Source: Cyanobacteriota bacterium (lineage in GTDB: Bacteria; Cyanobacteriota; Cyanobacteriia; Leptolyngbyales; Leptolyngbyaceae). Taken from it: DNA of 64,000 nucleotides. The stretch is from the NCBI GenBank assembly GCA_046049545.1, contig JBJORF010000005.1, positions 11,875 through 75,874 on the forward strand, written 5' to 3'. Within the stretch, counting starts at the first letter, position 1. Each line of letters starts with the position of its first letter. The notes under the pieces were generated by a model that worked only from the letters and a program-made list of their open reading frames with translations, was not told the origin of the DNA and did not search any database. Both the position numbers and the translations under genes were made by a program. Below are positions 1 to 10,494 of this stretch, in pieces.

Positions 1-50
1 GTGAGAATGGGTAAACGGTTATAGGTCGGAATCACCACACTAAACAACAT
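1..50 (-). CDS. Glycosyltransferase family 2, first 17 codons only (gene runs off the left edge)
   Basis: Reverse complement of 1-50 reads ATG MLFSVVIPTYNRLPILT. VVIPTYNR is the hallmark N-terminus of GT2 enzymes. Truncated by the window edge, so absent from the ORF track. Confidence 0.45.
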   Translation of the reverse strand, partial: MLFSVVIPTYNRLPIL

Positions 51-152
51 GTTGAATTGCTCCCTAATGAAACGCGGAGAAAGTGAAGTTTTGGAGAATG
101 CGGCGGGTTGGCTGCGTTCTTCAGGATAAGGGAAAACTGGGCCTCAACGTCG

Positions 153-185
153 AACGCTGCGCTGGAACAATTCCAGCGCAGCGTT
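153..185 (-). terminator. Perfect 15-bp stem-loop between the nfu-like gene and the GT2 gene (possible terminator or processing site, no U-tract)
   Basis: AACGCTGCGCTGGAA-caa-TTCCAGCGCAGCGTT, checked base by base. Lies 80 nt downstream of the minus-strand stop at 265. Confidence 0.4.
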
Positions 186-264
186 TGTGGCAATCAGATG
201 GGCGGATCGCGATCGGTTCAGTAATTATTTACATCAACCCCGTTGGCGTGAACGGCCTTCGCGC

Positions 265-501
265 CTACAGCACCTGTTCAACTTCGTTGATTTCCGGAAT
301 CTGTTCGCGCAGGCGGCGTTCGATCCCCATGCGGAGGGTCATCGTCGAGCTGGGACAGGAGCCGCAAGCACCGTTGAGGCGCAGTTTGACGGTCGGTCCA
401 TCGATGTCAACCAGTTCGACGTTACCGCCATCGGCCATTAGGTAGGGCCGCAGTTCGTCGAGGACGGTTTCGACGTTTTCGTTGGTGAGTGCGAGTGCCA
501 T
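265..501 (-). CDS. nfu: NifU C-terminal domain (Nfu-type) Fe-S cluster scaffold protein
   Basis: 78-aa ORF with the CxxC motif in [18 protein letters not shown]. Size and sequence are typical of the small cyanobacterial Nfu protein. Confidence 0.85.
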   Translation of the reverse strand: MALALTNENVETVLDELRPYLMADGGNVELVDIDGPTVKLRLNGACGSCPSSTMTLRMGIERRLREQIPEINEVEQVL

Positions 502-559
502 AGGTGTTGCCTCTGAAGTGGATGATCAAATAATGCCGGGATTTAGGCGGCCAGTTGGA

Positions 560-1201
560 CTAAGCGGCTAGTTGGATGTTGGCGAAAATGAATTCCATGG
601 TTTCGCCGCCCGTGACGATCGTGCGCTGGTTCAAGATGTAATATTTCCCAACTTTTTCGTAGGTGTCGGTAAATTCCTGCAAGCCGCCGACGGCTTCCCC
701 GGTTTTGGCATCCTGATAGCGGGAGTCGTAGGTGTGCGACAGACAGCCTTCGCCCGTGTCATGGAAGCTGAAGGTGTTAATCGTAACGATGTTGCCGTGG
801 ATTGTGCGATGAACCAGGACGATCTCGTTGTTCCGCACTTTGTAGTGGTCAACTTTGCCTTCCATCAAGATCTCGATCGCGCCACTTTCGTCGGTTTTGC
901 CGTAGCTGAATACATTCCCTTTGTGGGTTTGCTCAAAAGGGCGACGAACCCGGTGGACGGCAATTTCCCACAGTTGGCCAGTGACGGCTTTCAGCACTTC
1001 TTCGTCTTCAATCCCGGTGACTTCGCCCTTGAAGCCCATGCGCGGATCAGGGGAAACGATCGCCTTGCCGTGAAATTCTTTGCCCGCGCAGCGATAGGTC
1101 ACATCGGCGCTGTAGCCGGGAAATGACTGATCCCAGGTGTAGCGGTTCTCATAGGCGGCCCGAAAAAGTGCGGTGGCCTCTGTACTCGCTGCCATGTTCA
1201 T
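560..1201 (-). CDS. DUF3386-family conserved cyanobacterial protein
   Basis: ORF 560-1243. I prefer the ATG at 1201 (MNMAASTEATALFRAAYENRYTWD...). The family call rests on remembered similarity to cyanobacterial DUF3386 proteins and is not verified. Confidence 0.6.
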   Translation of the reverse strand: MNMAASTEATALFRAAYENRYTWDQSFPGYSADVTYRCAGKEFHGKAIVSPDPRMGFKGEVTGIEDEEVLKAVTGQLWEIAVHRVRRPFEQTHKGNVFSYGKTDESGAIEILMEGKVDHYKVRNNEIVLVHRTIHGNIVTINTFSFHDTGEGCLSHTYDSRYQDAKTGEAVGGLQEFTDTYEKVGKYYILNQRTIVTGGETMEFIFANIQLAA

Positions 1202-1311
1202 AAAAAGACCCAACTCCGTAAAACTGCTGCATCGTGGATACATCCCAGTCTAGCATCGACGGTTTGCGGCTGTGGTGGGCGGCTTGCCGATCCGGCGTTA
1301 GGAATATCTGT

Positions 1312-3150
1312 TCACCCCGCTGTCATCACGGGTTCTTGGAATAGCGGAATGGTGAAAGTGACGGTGGAACCTAAGCCTTCACCGAGGCTATAGAAGTTGA
1401 TTTCGCCACCCATTTCTTCGATGAACCGTTGGGAAATGGCGAGGCCCAGCCCCGTGCCACCGTAGCGTCGGGTTAGTGAACCGTCGATCTGACTGAAGGA
1501 TTGGAAGAGCCGATCTTGTTTATCGAGGGACACGCCAATCCCGGTATCGGCAACTTTCACCATCGCTACACCCGGAAACTCCCGATCGTGGAATTTAACT
1601 TTGCGGCGCAGAATTTCCGTGGTGATCGTCACGCCGCCTTCGTGGGTGAACTTAATCGCATTGCCGACGAGATTGATCAACACTTGTTTGAGGCATTTGA
1701 AATTCCCGTAGACGATTACGGGATCTAGCGTGGCGGGCATCTGGACTTCGCAGGTGAGATCTTTTTGCCGCGCCAGTGGGCCTTGCTGGCGCTCAACATC
1801 TTCTAGCAACTCGTTCAGCGTCACGGCGCTGCTTTCGATTTGCATTTTCCCGGCTTCGATCTTAGCCAGATTCAGTACATCGTTCAGGACTTCGAGCAGA
1901 TGCTCCGATAGCTGGAAGGCCTCGCGTAAAAATTCATCTTGCTCGGTCTGATTATCGGCCATGCCATCCAGTACGAGCTTCAAGAACCCCATGATGCCAT
2001 TTAAGGGTGTGCGTAATTCATGGGAGGTGTTGGCGAGAAACTCACTTTTCAAGCGTGAGGCTTCTTCGGCTTGCTGCCGGGCTTCTTCGAGGGCTTCCTG
2101 CTTGCGGACAGCTTTTTGGTTGGCTTTTTGGAGTTCGTTGAAGAGGCTGGTGTGGGCGATCGCCGTCCCCACTTGATCGGCCAGTTCCCGCACAAAGCTC
2201 ACTTCAGCCGCTTCCCACCGGCGGGGCCGATCGCACTGCTCCAGGACGATCAGACCGTTGGGCTGGTCTTGATAGCCCGTGGCAATGATTAAGCGGGTGT
2301 TCGAGCGTTGGGTTTCCGCATCGATTTGTTGGGCGACGACGCAGGGGCTATGGGGGGTAACCGAGGTATTCGGCGCTTCCAGATCGGTGGGTCGAAAGCG
2401 CCGTAGGGCTTGCTCTAACGCCCGATCACTGGCGATCGACAGCCGCTCGCCCCAACGCGGCGCAAAATCCCCCCGACAATATTCCGCTTCTAGGGTGACG
2501 GTTTCGACCTCGGATTGGGCATTGCGACCGAGGGAGTAAATGCTACACCGGCAAACTTGGATAGCATCGCCGAGGCCCTGCACAGCCTGTTGCCAAATGG
2601 TTGCGAGGTCAAGCGTCTGGCGAATTTTCCAGGCAAGCTGGTTGGCTTGGCGCGAATCCAGAGGTTGGTTCAGGGGCGACGGGCTGGGTCGGCTCGAATG
2701 AGTGGATTGACCCGTGACGGTGATCCCGATCGTTTCCTGGTTGGGGGCTTGGAGGGGGGACATGACCAGGGCGAGCGCGATCCGCAGCTCGGCCCCAGAA
2801 TTAAATTCCGCAGCCAAGGTAAATTCCGCTTCAAAGGACTCGGATTGCCCCGTGCGCAGCACCCGATCGAGGCGTTGTTGGTAGGTGGTCGCGGCAACAG
2901 GGCCAATGGGCTGATTTTCCCAGGCTTCCCCCAGCTTCAGATCAATCCCGGCGGCGCTGGCGATCGGCCAGTGCCAGCTGAGACAGCGACCCGCCCGATC
3001 GTGCACCAGTAAAAATTCCACTGATCCCGGATCCATTAGTACATTTGGTGCAAGCGATGGGGAGAGCATAGGCAGCACAGTGAGAGGCTCGGCAGTAAGA
3101 GGCTCGGCAGTGAAAGGCTCGGCAGTGAGCGGGTTGCACGTCGGAATCAC
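1312..3150 (-). CDS. Sensor histidine kinase (N-terminal sensory/GAF-like region, HisKA, HATPase_c)
   Basis: H-box SHELRTPLNGI, N-box NLVGNAIKFT, G1 DTGIGV and G2 GGTGLGLAIS. Start uncertain: the first 27 codons consist of a 15-bp tandem repeat, and the alternative ATG at 3069 (MLSPSL...) is plausible. Confidence 0.85.
   Translation of the reverse strand: MIPTCNPLTAEPFTAEPLTAEPLTVLPMLSPSLAPNVLMDPGSVEFLLVHDRAGRCLSWHWPIASAAGIDLKLGEAWENQPIGPVAATTYQQRLDRVLRTGQSESFEAEFTLAAEFNSGAELRIALALVMSPLQAPNQETIGITVTGQSTHSSRPSPSPLNQPLDSRQANQLAWKIRQTLDLATIWQQAVQGLGDAIQVCRCSIYSLGRNAQSEVETVTLEAEYCRGDFAPRWGERLSIASDRALEQALRRFRPTDLEAPNTSVTPHSPCVVAQQIDAETQRSNTRLIIATGYQDQPNGLIVLEQCDRPRRWEAAEVSFVRELADQVGTAIAHTSLFNELQKANQKAVRKQEALEEARQQAEEASRLKSEFLANTSHELRTPLNGIMGFLKLVLDGMADNQTEQDEFLREAFQLSEHLLEVLNDVLNLAKIEAGKMQIESSAVTLNELLEDVERQQGPLARQKDLTCEVQMPATLDPVIVYGNFKCLKQVLINLVGNAIKFTHEGGVTITTEILRRKVKFHDREFPGVAMVKVADTGIGVSLDKQDRLFQSFSQIDGSLTRRYGGTGLGLAISQRFIEEMGGEINFYSLGEGLGSTVTFTIPLFQEPVMTAG
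3071..3130. repeat. 15-bp tandem repeat x3 plus one degenerate copy (GGCTCGGCAGTRARN)
   Basis: Copies at 3086-3100, 3101-3115 and 3116-3130, with a degenerate copy at 3071-3085. Encodes TAEP(L/F) x3 if the kinase starts at 3150; otherwise it lies in the 5' leader. Confidence 0.8.
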
Positions 3151-3441
3151 CGTAGAACCCTCTAGTAGCTAATGATCAATAGCATGAAGATTCTGTAAAT
3201 ATGCGTTCATCCTACTGACTGAACAATCCCCAGAGCAAGGGGTCATTTACGGAAGCCCATCGTGTCAGTCGCGATCGCCTTGACCCTAAATCCGTTGCAA
3301 TCAGCAATTTGATCTTCCGGCTGTCCCTAGGCTCACCCGGAAAAATTTCCAATCAATTCCTTCCGCAGAGGGAAATTCGCTTTGCTAAGGATTCGGCTTA
3401 GAATAGGTTCAAGAAACTTTAAAGTTGACCCGCGTAACCCC

Positions 3442-5253
3442 ATGACTGATGTACCTGTCCAGCGAATTCGGAATTTCTCGATCATCGCCCATATCGACCA
3501 CGGGAAATCGACCTTGGCCGATCGGTTATTGCAAGAAACCGGAACCGTCGATGTGCGGGAGATGAAGGAACAGTTCTTAGACAGTATGGACATCGAGCGG
3601 GAGCGGGGCATTACGATTAAGCTCCAGGCAGCTCGGATGCGCTACAAGGCCAAGGACGGTGAAGAGTACATTCTGAATCTGATCGACACACCGGGCCACG
3701 TTGATTTTTCCTACGAAGTGTCACGATCGCTCGCGGCCTGTGAAGGGGCGCTGTTGGTGGTGGATGCCTCGCAAGGGGTTGAGGCGCAGACACTGGCGAA
3801 TGTCTATTTAGCGCTAGAGAATAACCTCGAAATTATCCCGGTGCTGAACAAAATCGACCTGCCGGGGGCGGAACCCGATCGGGTAGCCGGGGAAGTCGAA
3901 GAAGTAATTGGTCTGGACTGCACGGATGCGATTCAGGCTTCGGCGAAGGCGGGGATCGGGATCGAAGCAATTCTGGAATCGATCGTCAAGAATGTGCCGC
4001 CGCCCGAAGATACGGTTGATCAACCGCTCCGGGCCTTGGTGTTTGACAGCTATTACGATGCCTATCGCGGGGTGGTCGTTTACTTTCGGGTCATGGATGG
4101 GACGTTGAAGACGGGCGATAAGGTGCGGTTCATGGCTTCCGGTAAGGAATATGTGATTGATGAGCTGGGCGTGTTGGCCCCGAACCAGGTGAAAGTCGAG
4201 TCGCTCCACGCGGGGGAAGTGGGCTATCTGGCGGCTTCGATTAAAGCGGTGGCCGATGCCCGAGTTGGGGATACCGTGACCTTAGCAGCGAAACCCGCGA
4301 AGGAAGCCTTTCCTGGTTACGTGGAAGCCAAACCGATGGTGTTCTGTGGCCTGTTTCCGACGGATGCCGACCAGTTTGCTGACCTGCGCGAGGCCCTCGA
4401 TAAGCTGCGTTTGAATGATGCGGCATTGCAGTACGAGCCGGAAACCTCCAGCGCCATGGGCTTCGGGTTCCGCTGTGGCTTCTTGGGGCTGCTGCATATG
4501 GAAATTGTCCAGGAACGCCTTGAGCGGGAATATAACCTGGATCTGATTACAACCGCGCCTTCGGTGGTGTACCGGGTGACGACGATTAAGGGCGAAGTCA
4601 TGATGATTGACAACCCCGCCCACCTGCCCGATCCGCAGTACCGCGAAGATATGGAAGAACCCTACGTCAAGATGGAGGTGATCACGCCGGAGGCTTACGT
4701 CGGGACGTTGATGGAGCTATCCCAGCAGCGTCGGGGTGTATTCATTGATATGAAGTACCTCACACCAGGGCGGACAACGCTGGTCTACGAAATGCCCCTG
4801 GCCGAGGTCGTGACCGATTACTTCGATCAAATGAAGTCCCGATCGCGGGGTTATGCCAGCATGGAGTACCAGTTGATTGGCTATCGAACGAATAATCTGG
4901 TGAAGCTGGATGTGCTGATCAATGGCGATCCGGTCGATCCGTTAGCGACGATCGTCCACCGTGATAAAGCCTATGGTGTGGGTCGTGCCCTGACGGAAAA
5001 GCTGAAAGAGCTGATTCCTCGACACCAGTTCAAGATTCCGATCCAAGCCGCGATTGGGGCCAAAGTGATCGCCAGTGAGCATATTCCCGCACTGCGGAAG
5101 GATGTTCTTGCCAAATGCTATGGCGGTGACATTTCCCGGAAGAAGAAATTGCTGCAAAAGCAAGCTAAAGGGAAGAAGCGGATGAAGTCGATCGGGACGG
5201 TCGATGTGCCACAAGCGGCCTTCATGGCCGTGCTGAAAATCAATACAGATTAA
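3442..5253 (+). CDS. lepA: Translation elongation factor 4 (LepA)
   Basis: [30 protein letters not shown] (G1), DTPGHVDF and NKIDL. Full-length LepA architecture of about 600 aa. The ATG at 3442 is preferred over the ORF-track start at 3382. Confidence 0.95.
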   Translation: MTDVPVQRIRNFSIIAHIDHGKSTLADRLLQETGTVDVREMKEQFLDSMDIERERGITIKLQAARMRYKAKDGEEYILNLIDTPGHVDFSYEVSRSLAACEGALLVVDASQGVEAQTLANVYLALENNLEIIPVLNKIDLPGAEPDRVAGEVEEVIGLDCTDAIQASAKAGIGIEAILESIVKNVPPPEDTVDQPLRALVFDSYYDAYRGVVVYFRVMDGTLKTGDKVRFMASGKEYVIDELGVLAPNQVKVESLHAGEVGYLAASIKAVADARVGDTVTLAAKPAKEAFPGYVEAKPMVFCGLFPTDADQFADLREALDKLRLNDAALQYEPETSSAMGFGFRCGFLGLLHMEIVQERLEREYNLDLITTAPSVVYRVTTIKGEVMMIDNPAHLPDPQYREDMEEPYVKMEVITPEAYVGTLMELSQQRRGVFIDMKYLTPGRTTLVYEMPLAEVVTDYFDQMKSRSRGYASMEYQLIGYRTNNLVKLDVLINGDPVDPLATIVHRDKAYGVGRALTEKLKELIPRHQFKIPIQAAIGAKVIASEHIPALRKDVLAKCYGGDISRKKKLLQKQAKGKKRMKSIGTVDVPQAAFMAVLKINTD

Positions 5254-5278
5254 GATGCGAACATTCAATTGCAGCTCC

Positions 5279-5308
5279 AAACCCGTTAGCGGTGCTAACG
5301 GGTTTTTT
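5279..5308 (+). terminator. Intrinsic terminator of lepA
   Basis: AAACCCGTTAGC-ggt-GCTAACGGGTTT followed by a T-run, 26 nt after the lepA stop. Confidence 0.8.
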
Positions 5309-5549
5309 CGTGACAATTCATCGACTCTTTATAGGGCAACATCAGAAAAAGTCAACCGTCTAATGGCTGATATTCCCATTCCCTTCTAAAATCTAAACCA
5401 GACGAAAAATGTTTGATCCCAGATCTGATTTAAGTCTCGTGGATTTGGGCATCTTAGAACACGTTTGGGCATCCTAGTCCTATCAAGGTTGCCGATGACG
5501 GCGGCAGTGCGACCATCTCTTATTGACGACGCAATAGCGAGTATTAAAT

Positions 5550-6509
5550 ATGCGAATTCTTGTGACAGGCGGGGCGGGCTTCATTGGCTCTCACCTCATC
5601 GATCGGTTGATGAATCAAGGTCATGAAGTAATCTGCTTGGATAACTTCTACACGGGCACGAAGCGGAATATTGAGCATTGGATTGGCAATCCTTATTTTG
5701 AATTGGTACGTCACGACATCACTGAGCCGATCCGGCTCGAAGTTGACCAAATTTATCACCTGGCTTGCCCCGCTTCGCCGGTTCACTATCAGCACAACCC
5801 CGTCAAGACGATCAAAACGAACGTCATGGGGACATTGAATATGTTGGGCTTGGCCAAGCGCGTCAATGCGCGCTTCCTGTTGGCTTCGACCTCGGAAGTG
5901 TATGGCGATCCCGAAGTGCATCCGCAGCCGGAGTCCTATCGCGGTAACGTCAACCCGATCGGCATTCGCAGCTGCTATGACGAAGGGAAGCGCGTCGCGG
6001 AAACCCTGGCCTTTGACTATCATCGTCAAAATGGCGTGGACATTCGCGTGATGCGAATTTTCAACACCTACGGGCCGCGCATGTTGGAAAATGATGGGCG
6101 TGTGGTCAGCAACTTGATCGTGCAAGCGCTGAAGGGCATTCCCCTGACAATCTATGGGGATGGTTCTCAAACCCGCAGCTTCTGCTACGTGTCGGATTTG
6201 GTGGAAGGAATGATGCGCCTGATGAATGGCGACCAAATTGGCCCAATCAACATCGGTAACCCCGGCGAATACACGATCCTGCAACTGGCGGAAACGATCC
6301 AGACCATGATCAACCCCAACACCGAATTGAAGTTCGAGCCGTTGCCCCAGGATGATCCGCAGCGTCGCAAACCGGACATCACCTTGGCGCAGCAACATCT
6401 GGGTTGGGAGCCGACGATTCCGTTGCAGGAAGGACTAGAGCGGACGATCGCCGACTTCCGTAAGCGAGTCGAAATCGCGGCGGCGGAAGCAGCATTGGCC
6501 GCTGGTTAA
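5550..6509 (+). CDS. uxs: UDP-glucuronate decarboxylase (UDP-xylose synthase)
   Basis: [20 protein letters not shown] Rossmann N-terminus, YDEGKR catalytic YxxxK, and the extended-SDR UXS-type sequence [13 protein letters not shown]. Confidence 0.85.
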   Translation: MRILVTGGAGFIGSHLIDRLMNQGHEVICLDNFYTGTKRNIEHWIGNPYFELVRHDITEPIRLEVDQIYHLACPASPVHYQHNPVKTIKTNVMGTLNMLGLAKRVNARFLLASTSEVYGDPEVHPQPESYRGNVNPIGIRSCYDEGKRVAETLAFDYHRQNGVDIRVMRIFNTYGPRMLENDGRVVSNLIVQALKGIPLTIYGDGSQTRSFCYVSDLVEGMMRLMNGDQIGPINIGNPGEYTILQLAETIQTMINPNTELKFEPLPQDDPQRRKPDITLAQQHLGWEPTIPLQEGLERTIADFRKRVEIAAAEAALAAG

Positions 6510-6520
6510 GATTTGAGGTG

Positions 6521-6580
6521 GATTGCCCAAGCCGATTTCAAAATTGGCTTGGGCAATCTCGTAATTGGCTTGGGCAATCT
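6521..6580. repeat. Inverted repeat whose right arm is tandemly duplicated (21-bp period), between uxs and ugd
   Basis: Left arm GATTGCCCAAGCC at 6521-6533. AATTGGCTTGGGCAATCT occurs twice (6542-6559 and 6563-6580), so the left arm can pair with either copy. Confidence 0.7.
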
Positions 6581-6611
6581 AGTAAATAGTTGATTTGTTA
6601 GAGGATTCTTT

Positions 6612-7994
6612 ATGCGCGTTTGTGTCATTGGAACAGGTTATGTGGGTTTGGTGACAGGGGTCTCCTTGGCACATATTGGTCATGAAGTCATTTGTGTCGA
6701 TAACAATGAAGCAAAAGTCAAGCTGATGCAGTCCGGCCAATCGCCGATCTTCGAACCGGGCTTGTCGGAGCTGATGCAGGGCGCGATCGCGGCCAATCGT
6801 TTGTCCTTCACTTCCGACTTGGCGGCGGCGGTTGACCATGGTGAAATTCTCTATATTGCCGTCGGTACCCCTGCATTGCCCAATGGCGACAGTGACACCC
6901 GCTATGTCGAAGCCGTGGCACGCGGCATCGGGGGCTGCTTGACGGGCGGCTACAAGGTGATCGTGAACAAATCCACTGTGCCGATCGGTTCGGGGGACTG
7001 GGTGCGGATGCTGATTCTCGATGGTGTGCGCGCGCGCCAAGAAGAAGCGGTAACGGCGGGCGGCGGTGTGGCGACGATGCCGATCGAGCCGGAATTTGAC
7101 GTAATCAGCAACCCGGAATTCCTGCGGGAAGGTTCCGCCGTGTACGACACGTTCAACCCCGATCGCATTGTCCTCGGCGGTAACAGCGAGCGTGCCATCA
7201 GCATGATGAAAGCACTCTACGCGCCGATTATCTCCCGTGAATTTGCCGAAGATAAGTCAGCGGCGTTGGTGCCCGTGGTGACGACAGATCTGAGTTCGGC
7301 GGAAATGATCAAGTATGCTGCAAACGCTTTCTTGGCAACCAAAATCAGTTTCATCAACGAAGTCGCCAACATCTGCGATCGCGTGGGTGCGGATGTGACG
7401 CAGGTGGCAAAGGGCATTGGCTTAGATTCGAGGATTGGCAGCAAGTTCCTGAATGCGGGCTTGGGCTGGGGCGGTTCCTGCTTTCCGAAGGATGTGTCGG
7501 CGCTGATCCATACGGCGGATGATTATGGCTATGAAGCGCAGTTGATGAAAGCGGCGGTGGCCGTCAACGAGCGTCAGCGCGTGATCACCCTGGAGAAGCT
7601 CCAGCAAGTGCTAAAGATTTTGAAAGGGAAGACCGTGGGCCTGTTGGGTTTGACCTTCAAGCCGGACACGGATGATCTGCGGGATGCGCCGGCTTTGGTG
7701 TTGATCGAGAACCTGACACGCCTGGGTGCCAAGGTCAAGGCCTACGACCCGATTATTTCCCAAACCGGGATGCGCCACGGTTTGTCCGATGTGCTGGTGG
7801 AAACTGACCCCGAGCGGTTAGCCGATGCCTGCGATGCTTTGGTGTTGGTGACGGAGTGGGAAGAGTTCTTGAAGTTGGACTACGCCAAGATGTCCAAGTT
7901 GATGGCGGCTCCGGTGATCATCGATGGTCGCAACTTTCTCGACCAAAAGGCACTGGAGTCCTACGGCTACCGTTATGTGGGGATTGGTCGCTAG
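6612..7994 (+). CDS. ugd: UDP-glucose 6-dehydrogenase
   Basis: MRVCVIGTGYVGLVTG Rossmann N-terminus and the catalytic Cys motif GWGGSCFPKD. Length of 460 aa is typical. Confidence 0.9.
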   Translation: MRVCVIGTGYVGLVTGVSLAHIGHEVICVDNNEAKVKLMQSGQSPIFEPGLSELMQGAIAANRLSFTSDLAAAVDHGEILYIAVGTPALPNGDSDTRYVEAVARGIGGCLTGGYKVIVNKSTVPIGSGDWVRMLILDGVRARQEEAVTAGGGVATMPIEPEFDVISNPEFLREGSAVYDTFNPDRIVLGGNSERAISMMKALYAPIISREFAEDKSAALVPVVTTDLSSAEMIKYAANAFLATKISFINEVANICDRVGADVTQVAKGIGLDSRIGSKFLNAGLGWGGSCFPKDVSALIHTADDYGYEAQLMKAAVAVNERQRVITLEKLQQVLKILKGKTVGLLGLTFKPDTDDLRDAPALVLIENLTRLGAKVKAYDPIISQTGMRHGLSDVLVETDPERLADACDALVLVTEWEEFLKLDYAKMSKLMAAPVIIDGRNFLDQKALESYGYRYVGIGR

Positions 7995-8017
7995 TTGATG
8001 TGATGGTTTAATCCAGG

Positions 8018-8050
8018 AAGGCCGATCGGGGATTACCCGATCGGCCTTTT
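8018..8050. terminator. Bidirectional terminator hairpin between convergent ugd and the Uma2 gene
   Basis: AAGGCCGATCGGG-gatta-CCCGATCGGCCTT followed by TTTT. Confidence 0.75.
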
Positions 8051-8079
8051 GATTTGAACTGACGGCTCAGGCGATCAGC

Positions 8080-8670
8080 TTAACGCCCTGCTGTGAGGAT
8101 TTGGTTTGCGGTTAACTTGAAGTTGGGAAAACCCGGTGAGACAATGGCATCATCGCCAGTGAAGTCTTGAAATTTGTAGCATTCATCAACTAGGTTGCCA
8201 ATTTTCACAATCGATCGTTCCGGATCGATAATCCACATTTCGGGAATGCCGCACTGGGCATATTCCGCTGGCTTCTGCTCATAATCACGGCGGTAGGATT
8301 TGCGGTCATTCAGGCTATTGGAAACGACTTCGATTACGAGTAAGGGGACAGCCTCACCCGCCCGCAGAATCTTGCCATCCGCCATGATGGCGGCATCGGA
8401 GGCATCGGAATGAATGATTAAATCGGGTTGGCGCGCCGTGGCCTTGGTTGAGCTGACGTTGACCTGATGCCCGATCGCCAGACGGGAATGGGGAATCTCT
8501 AGTGCTTGCAGAAAATGAGCCAACAAAAATACAGCGATCTTCACGTTCAGCGGATTCTCAGCGCCCATCTCCACCAATACTCCATCATCCAACTCGTATC
8601 TTGCATCTGTCCCATCGTCGTAGGTCAGATATTCCTGAAGCGTCATTGTTCTTTGGGTCGCAACAGTCAT
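8080..8670 (-). CDS. Uma2-family (DUF820) putative endonuclease
   Basis: MTVATQRTMTLQEYLTYDDGTDARYELDDGVLVEM..., LLVIEVVSNS..., GIPEMWIIDPERSIV: characteristic Uma2 blocks. The ATG at 8670 is preferred over the ORF start at 8727. Confidence 0.8.
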   Translation of the reverse strand: MTVATQRTMTLQEYLTYDDGTDARYELDDGVLVEMGAENPLNVKIAVFLLAHFLQALEIPHSRLAIGHQVNVSSTKATARQPDLIIHSDASDAAIMADGKILRAGEAVPLLVIEVVSNSLNDRKSYRRDYEQKPAEYAQCGIPEMWIIDPERSIVKIGNLVDECYKFQDFTGDDAIVSPGFPNFKLTANQILTAGR

Positions 8671-8783
8671 CGGCTCCCTCTCCCAAATCAGTTCCCGAGT
8701 CGGTATTTTCAGTTTAGCGAATCTCAATAGTAAAAAGGCGATCCCCTCTGAGCTGGAATCGCCTTTCTAGTAGTAGATGACAA

Positions 8784-8855
8784 TGGGTGATGAGGGATTC
8801 GAACCCCCGGCCTTCTCCTTGTAAGGGAGACACTCTACCGCTGAGTTAATCACCC
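8784..8855 (-). tRNA. trnV: tRNA-Val (anticodon UAC)
   Basis: Reverse complement GGGTGATTAACTCAGCGGTAGAGTGTCTCCCTTACAAGGAGAAGGCCGGGGGTTCGAATCCCTCATCACCCA. Cloverleaf with anticodon loop CTTACAA and T-loop GGTTCGAATCC. CCA is not encoded. Confidence 0.93.
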
Positions 8856-9001
8856 ATGGTAAAAGGCGTTTTACTGTGCCTCTGTGGTTCTTACTATATC
8901 AGAGAATGTCACGAATCTCAATTTTTCCGTATTTCTTCGCGTTCCCTTTTGGGCGCGATCGCTACGATTAGAGTCGAATTTTTGATAAATTCTTTTGTAC
9001 T

Positions 9002-9065
9002 GGCTTAGTTTGTATTGTTGGCTTGGTTTGTATTGATTGGTTTAGTTTCTATTGTTTTGGTTTGG
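9002..9065. repeat. Imperfect tandem repeat of about 19 bp, x3 plus a partial copy (GGYTTRGTTTSTATTGWTT)
   Basis: Copies at 9002-9019, 9020-9038 and 9039-9058, with a partial copy at 9059-9065, directly upstream of the ATG at 9076. Confidence 0.75.
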
Positions 9066-9075
9066 ATGATCTGCG

Positions 9076-9666
9076 ATGCCCTCTGGTCGTACCCATGACA
9101 GCATTACGCTTTGGTGTTTGCCGCCCTTGGCCTTTGGGGGCTGGTGGCTGACCCGCGATGGGCTATTGGTGCTGATTTTGACGGGTTGTTTTCTATTCAG
9201 CGGCCTGATGTTTGGGCCAGACTTGGATATTTACTCGCGGCAGTATCAGCGCTGGGGCTGGTTGCGGTGGGTGTGGCTGCCCTATCGGCGCAGCATGAGC
9301 CACCGATCGGTGCTGTCCCACGGCGCGATCGTCGGCACAGTGCTGCGAGTGGCATACGTTTCGACTTTATTGATGGCGGTGGCGATTCCGACCTACTTGA
9401 TTTGGGCGTTTATCCAGCAGGCGATTGGCAATGTGCCCCACTGGTACTGGCTGTTTCAGCCTTGGTTCGATCGGCATTTGGGGAATCTCTCCGATTCGTT
9501 GCAACAGGATTTGCATTTGTGGATTGCGGGATTCATTGGCTTAGAATTAGGGTCGATGAGTCATAGCATGAGTGATACCGTTTGGTCGGCGATCAAGCGC
9601 TATCGCCGTCAGCAGCAAGCGCCCGCCAAAACGCGGAAATCATCTTCCCGCCGTCCTTCCCGCTAG
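9076..9666 (+). CDS. Membrane protein, probably DUF2227-type putative metal-binding protein
   Basis: MPSGRTHDSITLW... N-terminus, several hydrophobic segments and a basic C-terminal tail. The family call is from memory and is tentative. Confidence 0.5.
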   Translation: MPSGRTHDSITLWCLPPLAFGGWWLTRDGLLVLILTGCFLFSGLMFGPDLDIYSRQYQRWGWLRWVWLPYRRSMSHRSVLSHGAIVGTVLRVAYVSTLLMAVAIPTYLIWAFIQQAIGNVPHWYWLFQPWFDRHLGNLSDSLQQDLHLWIAGFIGLELGSMSHSMSDTVWSAIKRYRRQQQAPAKTRKSSSRRPSR

Positions 9667-9672
9667 GAATTT

Positions 9673-10494
9673 GTGCCCATGTCTCAGCCTGATCAAACCC
9701 TGCAAGCCCTGCAAGCCCTGATCGCGACTGTCGCCCAACTGCGCAATCCCGACGGCGGTTGTCCCTGGGATTTGGCTCAGACGGCCCGATCGCTGACTCC
9801 CTACATCATCGAAGAAGCCTACGAGACGGTTCATGCAATTCAAAGTGGCAATCAGCAGGATATTGCAGAAGAACTGGGTGATCTCCTCCTCCAAGTGGTG
9901 TTGCAGGCACAGGTGGCCCAAGATGCCGGACAGTTTGACTTGGCGCAGGTCGCCCAGGGAATTAACGATAAGTTAATCCGACGGCATCCCCACGTATTTG
10001 GCGCAGTCACGGCGAAGGATGCAGAAACTGTCGAACGCAACTGGGCGGCGATCAAAGCAGCCGAGAAAGGCGAATCCCCCGATCGGGCCCAAACCCTGTC
10101 CCATAAACTGGAACGCAAAGCCCGATCGCTCCCGGCATTGGAGTCGGCCATGTACATTTCTCAGAAAGCCGCCAAGGTAGGGTTTGAGTGGGAGAAAATC
10201 GAGGATGTATGGGCCAAGTTTGAAGAAGAACTCGCCGAATTTCATCACGCCCTGGCCCATGAAACGAAAGCGGAGCAGATTGGTGAATTTGGCGATGTGT
10301 TGTTTAGTCTGATGCAGGTGGCCCGCTGGCAGGATATTGACCCGAGTGAAGCGCTAGCAGGTACAAATCAACGCTTTATTCAACGGCTCCGGTTGATGGA
10401 GGAGTTTGCGGATAAACCCCTGGAAGATTACAGTTTGATGGAGCTGGAAGCCCTGTGGCAGCAAGCGAAGGTCAAAATTCGGGCTTCGGCGTAG
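9673..10494 (+). CDS. mazG: Nucleoside triphosphate pyrophosphohydrolase MazG
   Basis: Two MazG repeats (EEAYETVHAI...EELGDLLLQVV and EELAEFHHAL...EFGDVLFSLMQV) and RRHPHVFG. Confidence 0.9.
   Translation: MPMSQPDQTLQALQALIATVAQLRNPDGGCPWDLAQTARSLTPYIIEEAYETVHAIQSGNQQDIAEELGDLLLQVVLQAQVAQDAGQFDLAQVAQGINDKLIRRHPHVFGAVTAKDAETVERNWAAIKAAEKGESPDRAQTLSHKLERKARSLPALESAMYISQKAAKVGFEWEKIEDVWAKFEEELAEFHHALAHETKAEQIGEFGDVLFSLMQVARWQDIDPSEALAGTNQRFIQRLRLMEEFADKPLEDYSLMELEALWQQAKVKIRASA

Noticed and set aside
83-445. 120-aa and 84-aa plus-strand ORFs at the left end
   Set aside because: They overlap the nfu-like gene on the opposite strand, which has the conserved CxxC NifU motif.
5544-6398. 284-aa minus-strand ORF
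   Set aside because: It is antisense to the UDP-glucuronate decarboxylase gene, which has unmistakable SDR motifs. This is a shadow ORF.
8671-9075. Integrative element at tRNA-Val or tRNA-Cys
   Set aside because: No integrase, excisionase or duplicated tRNA 3'-end (att) sequence was found within the window on either side of the tRNAs.
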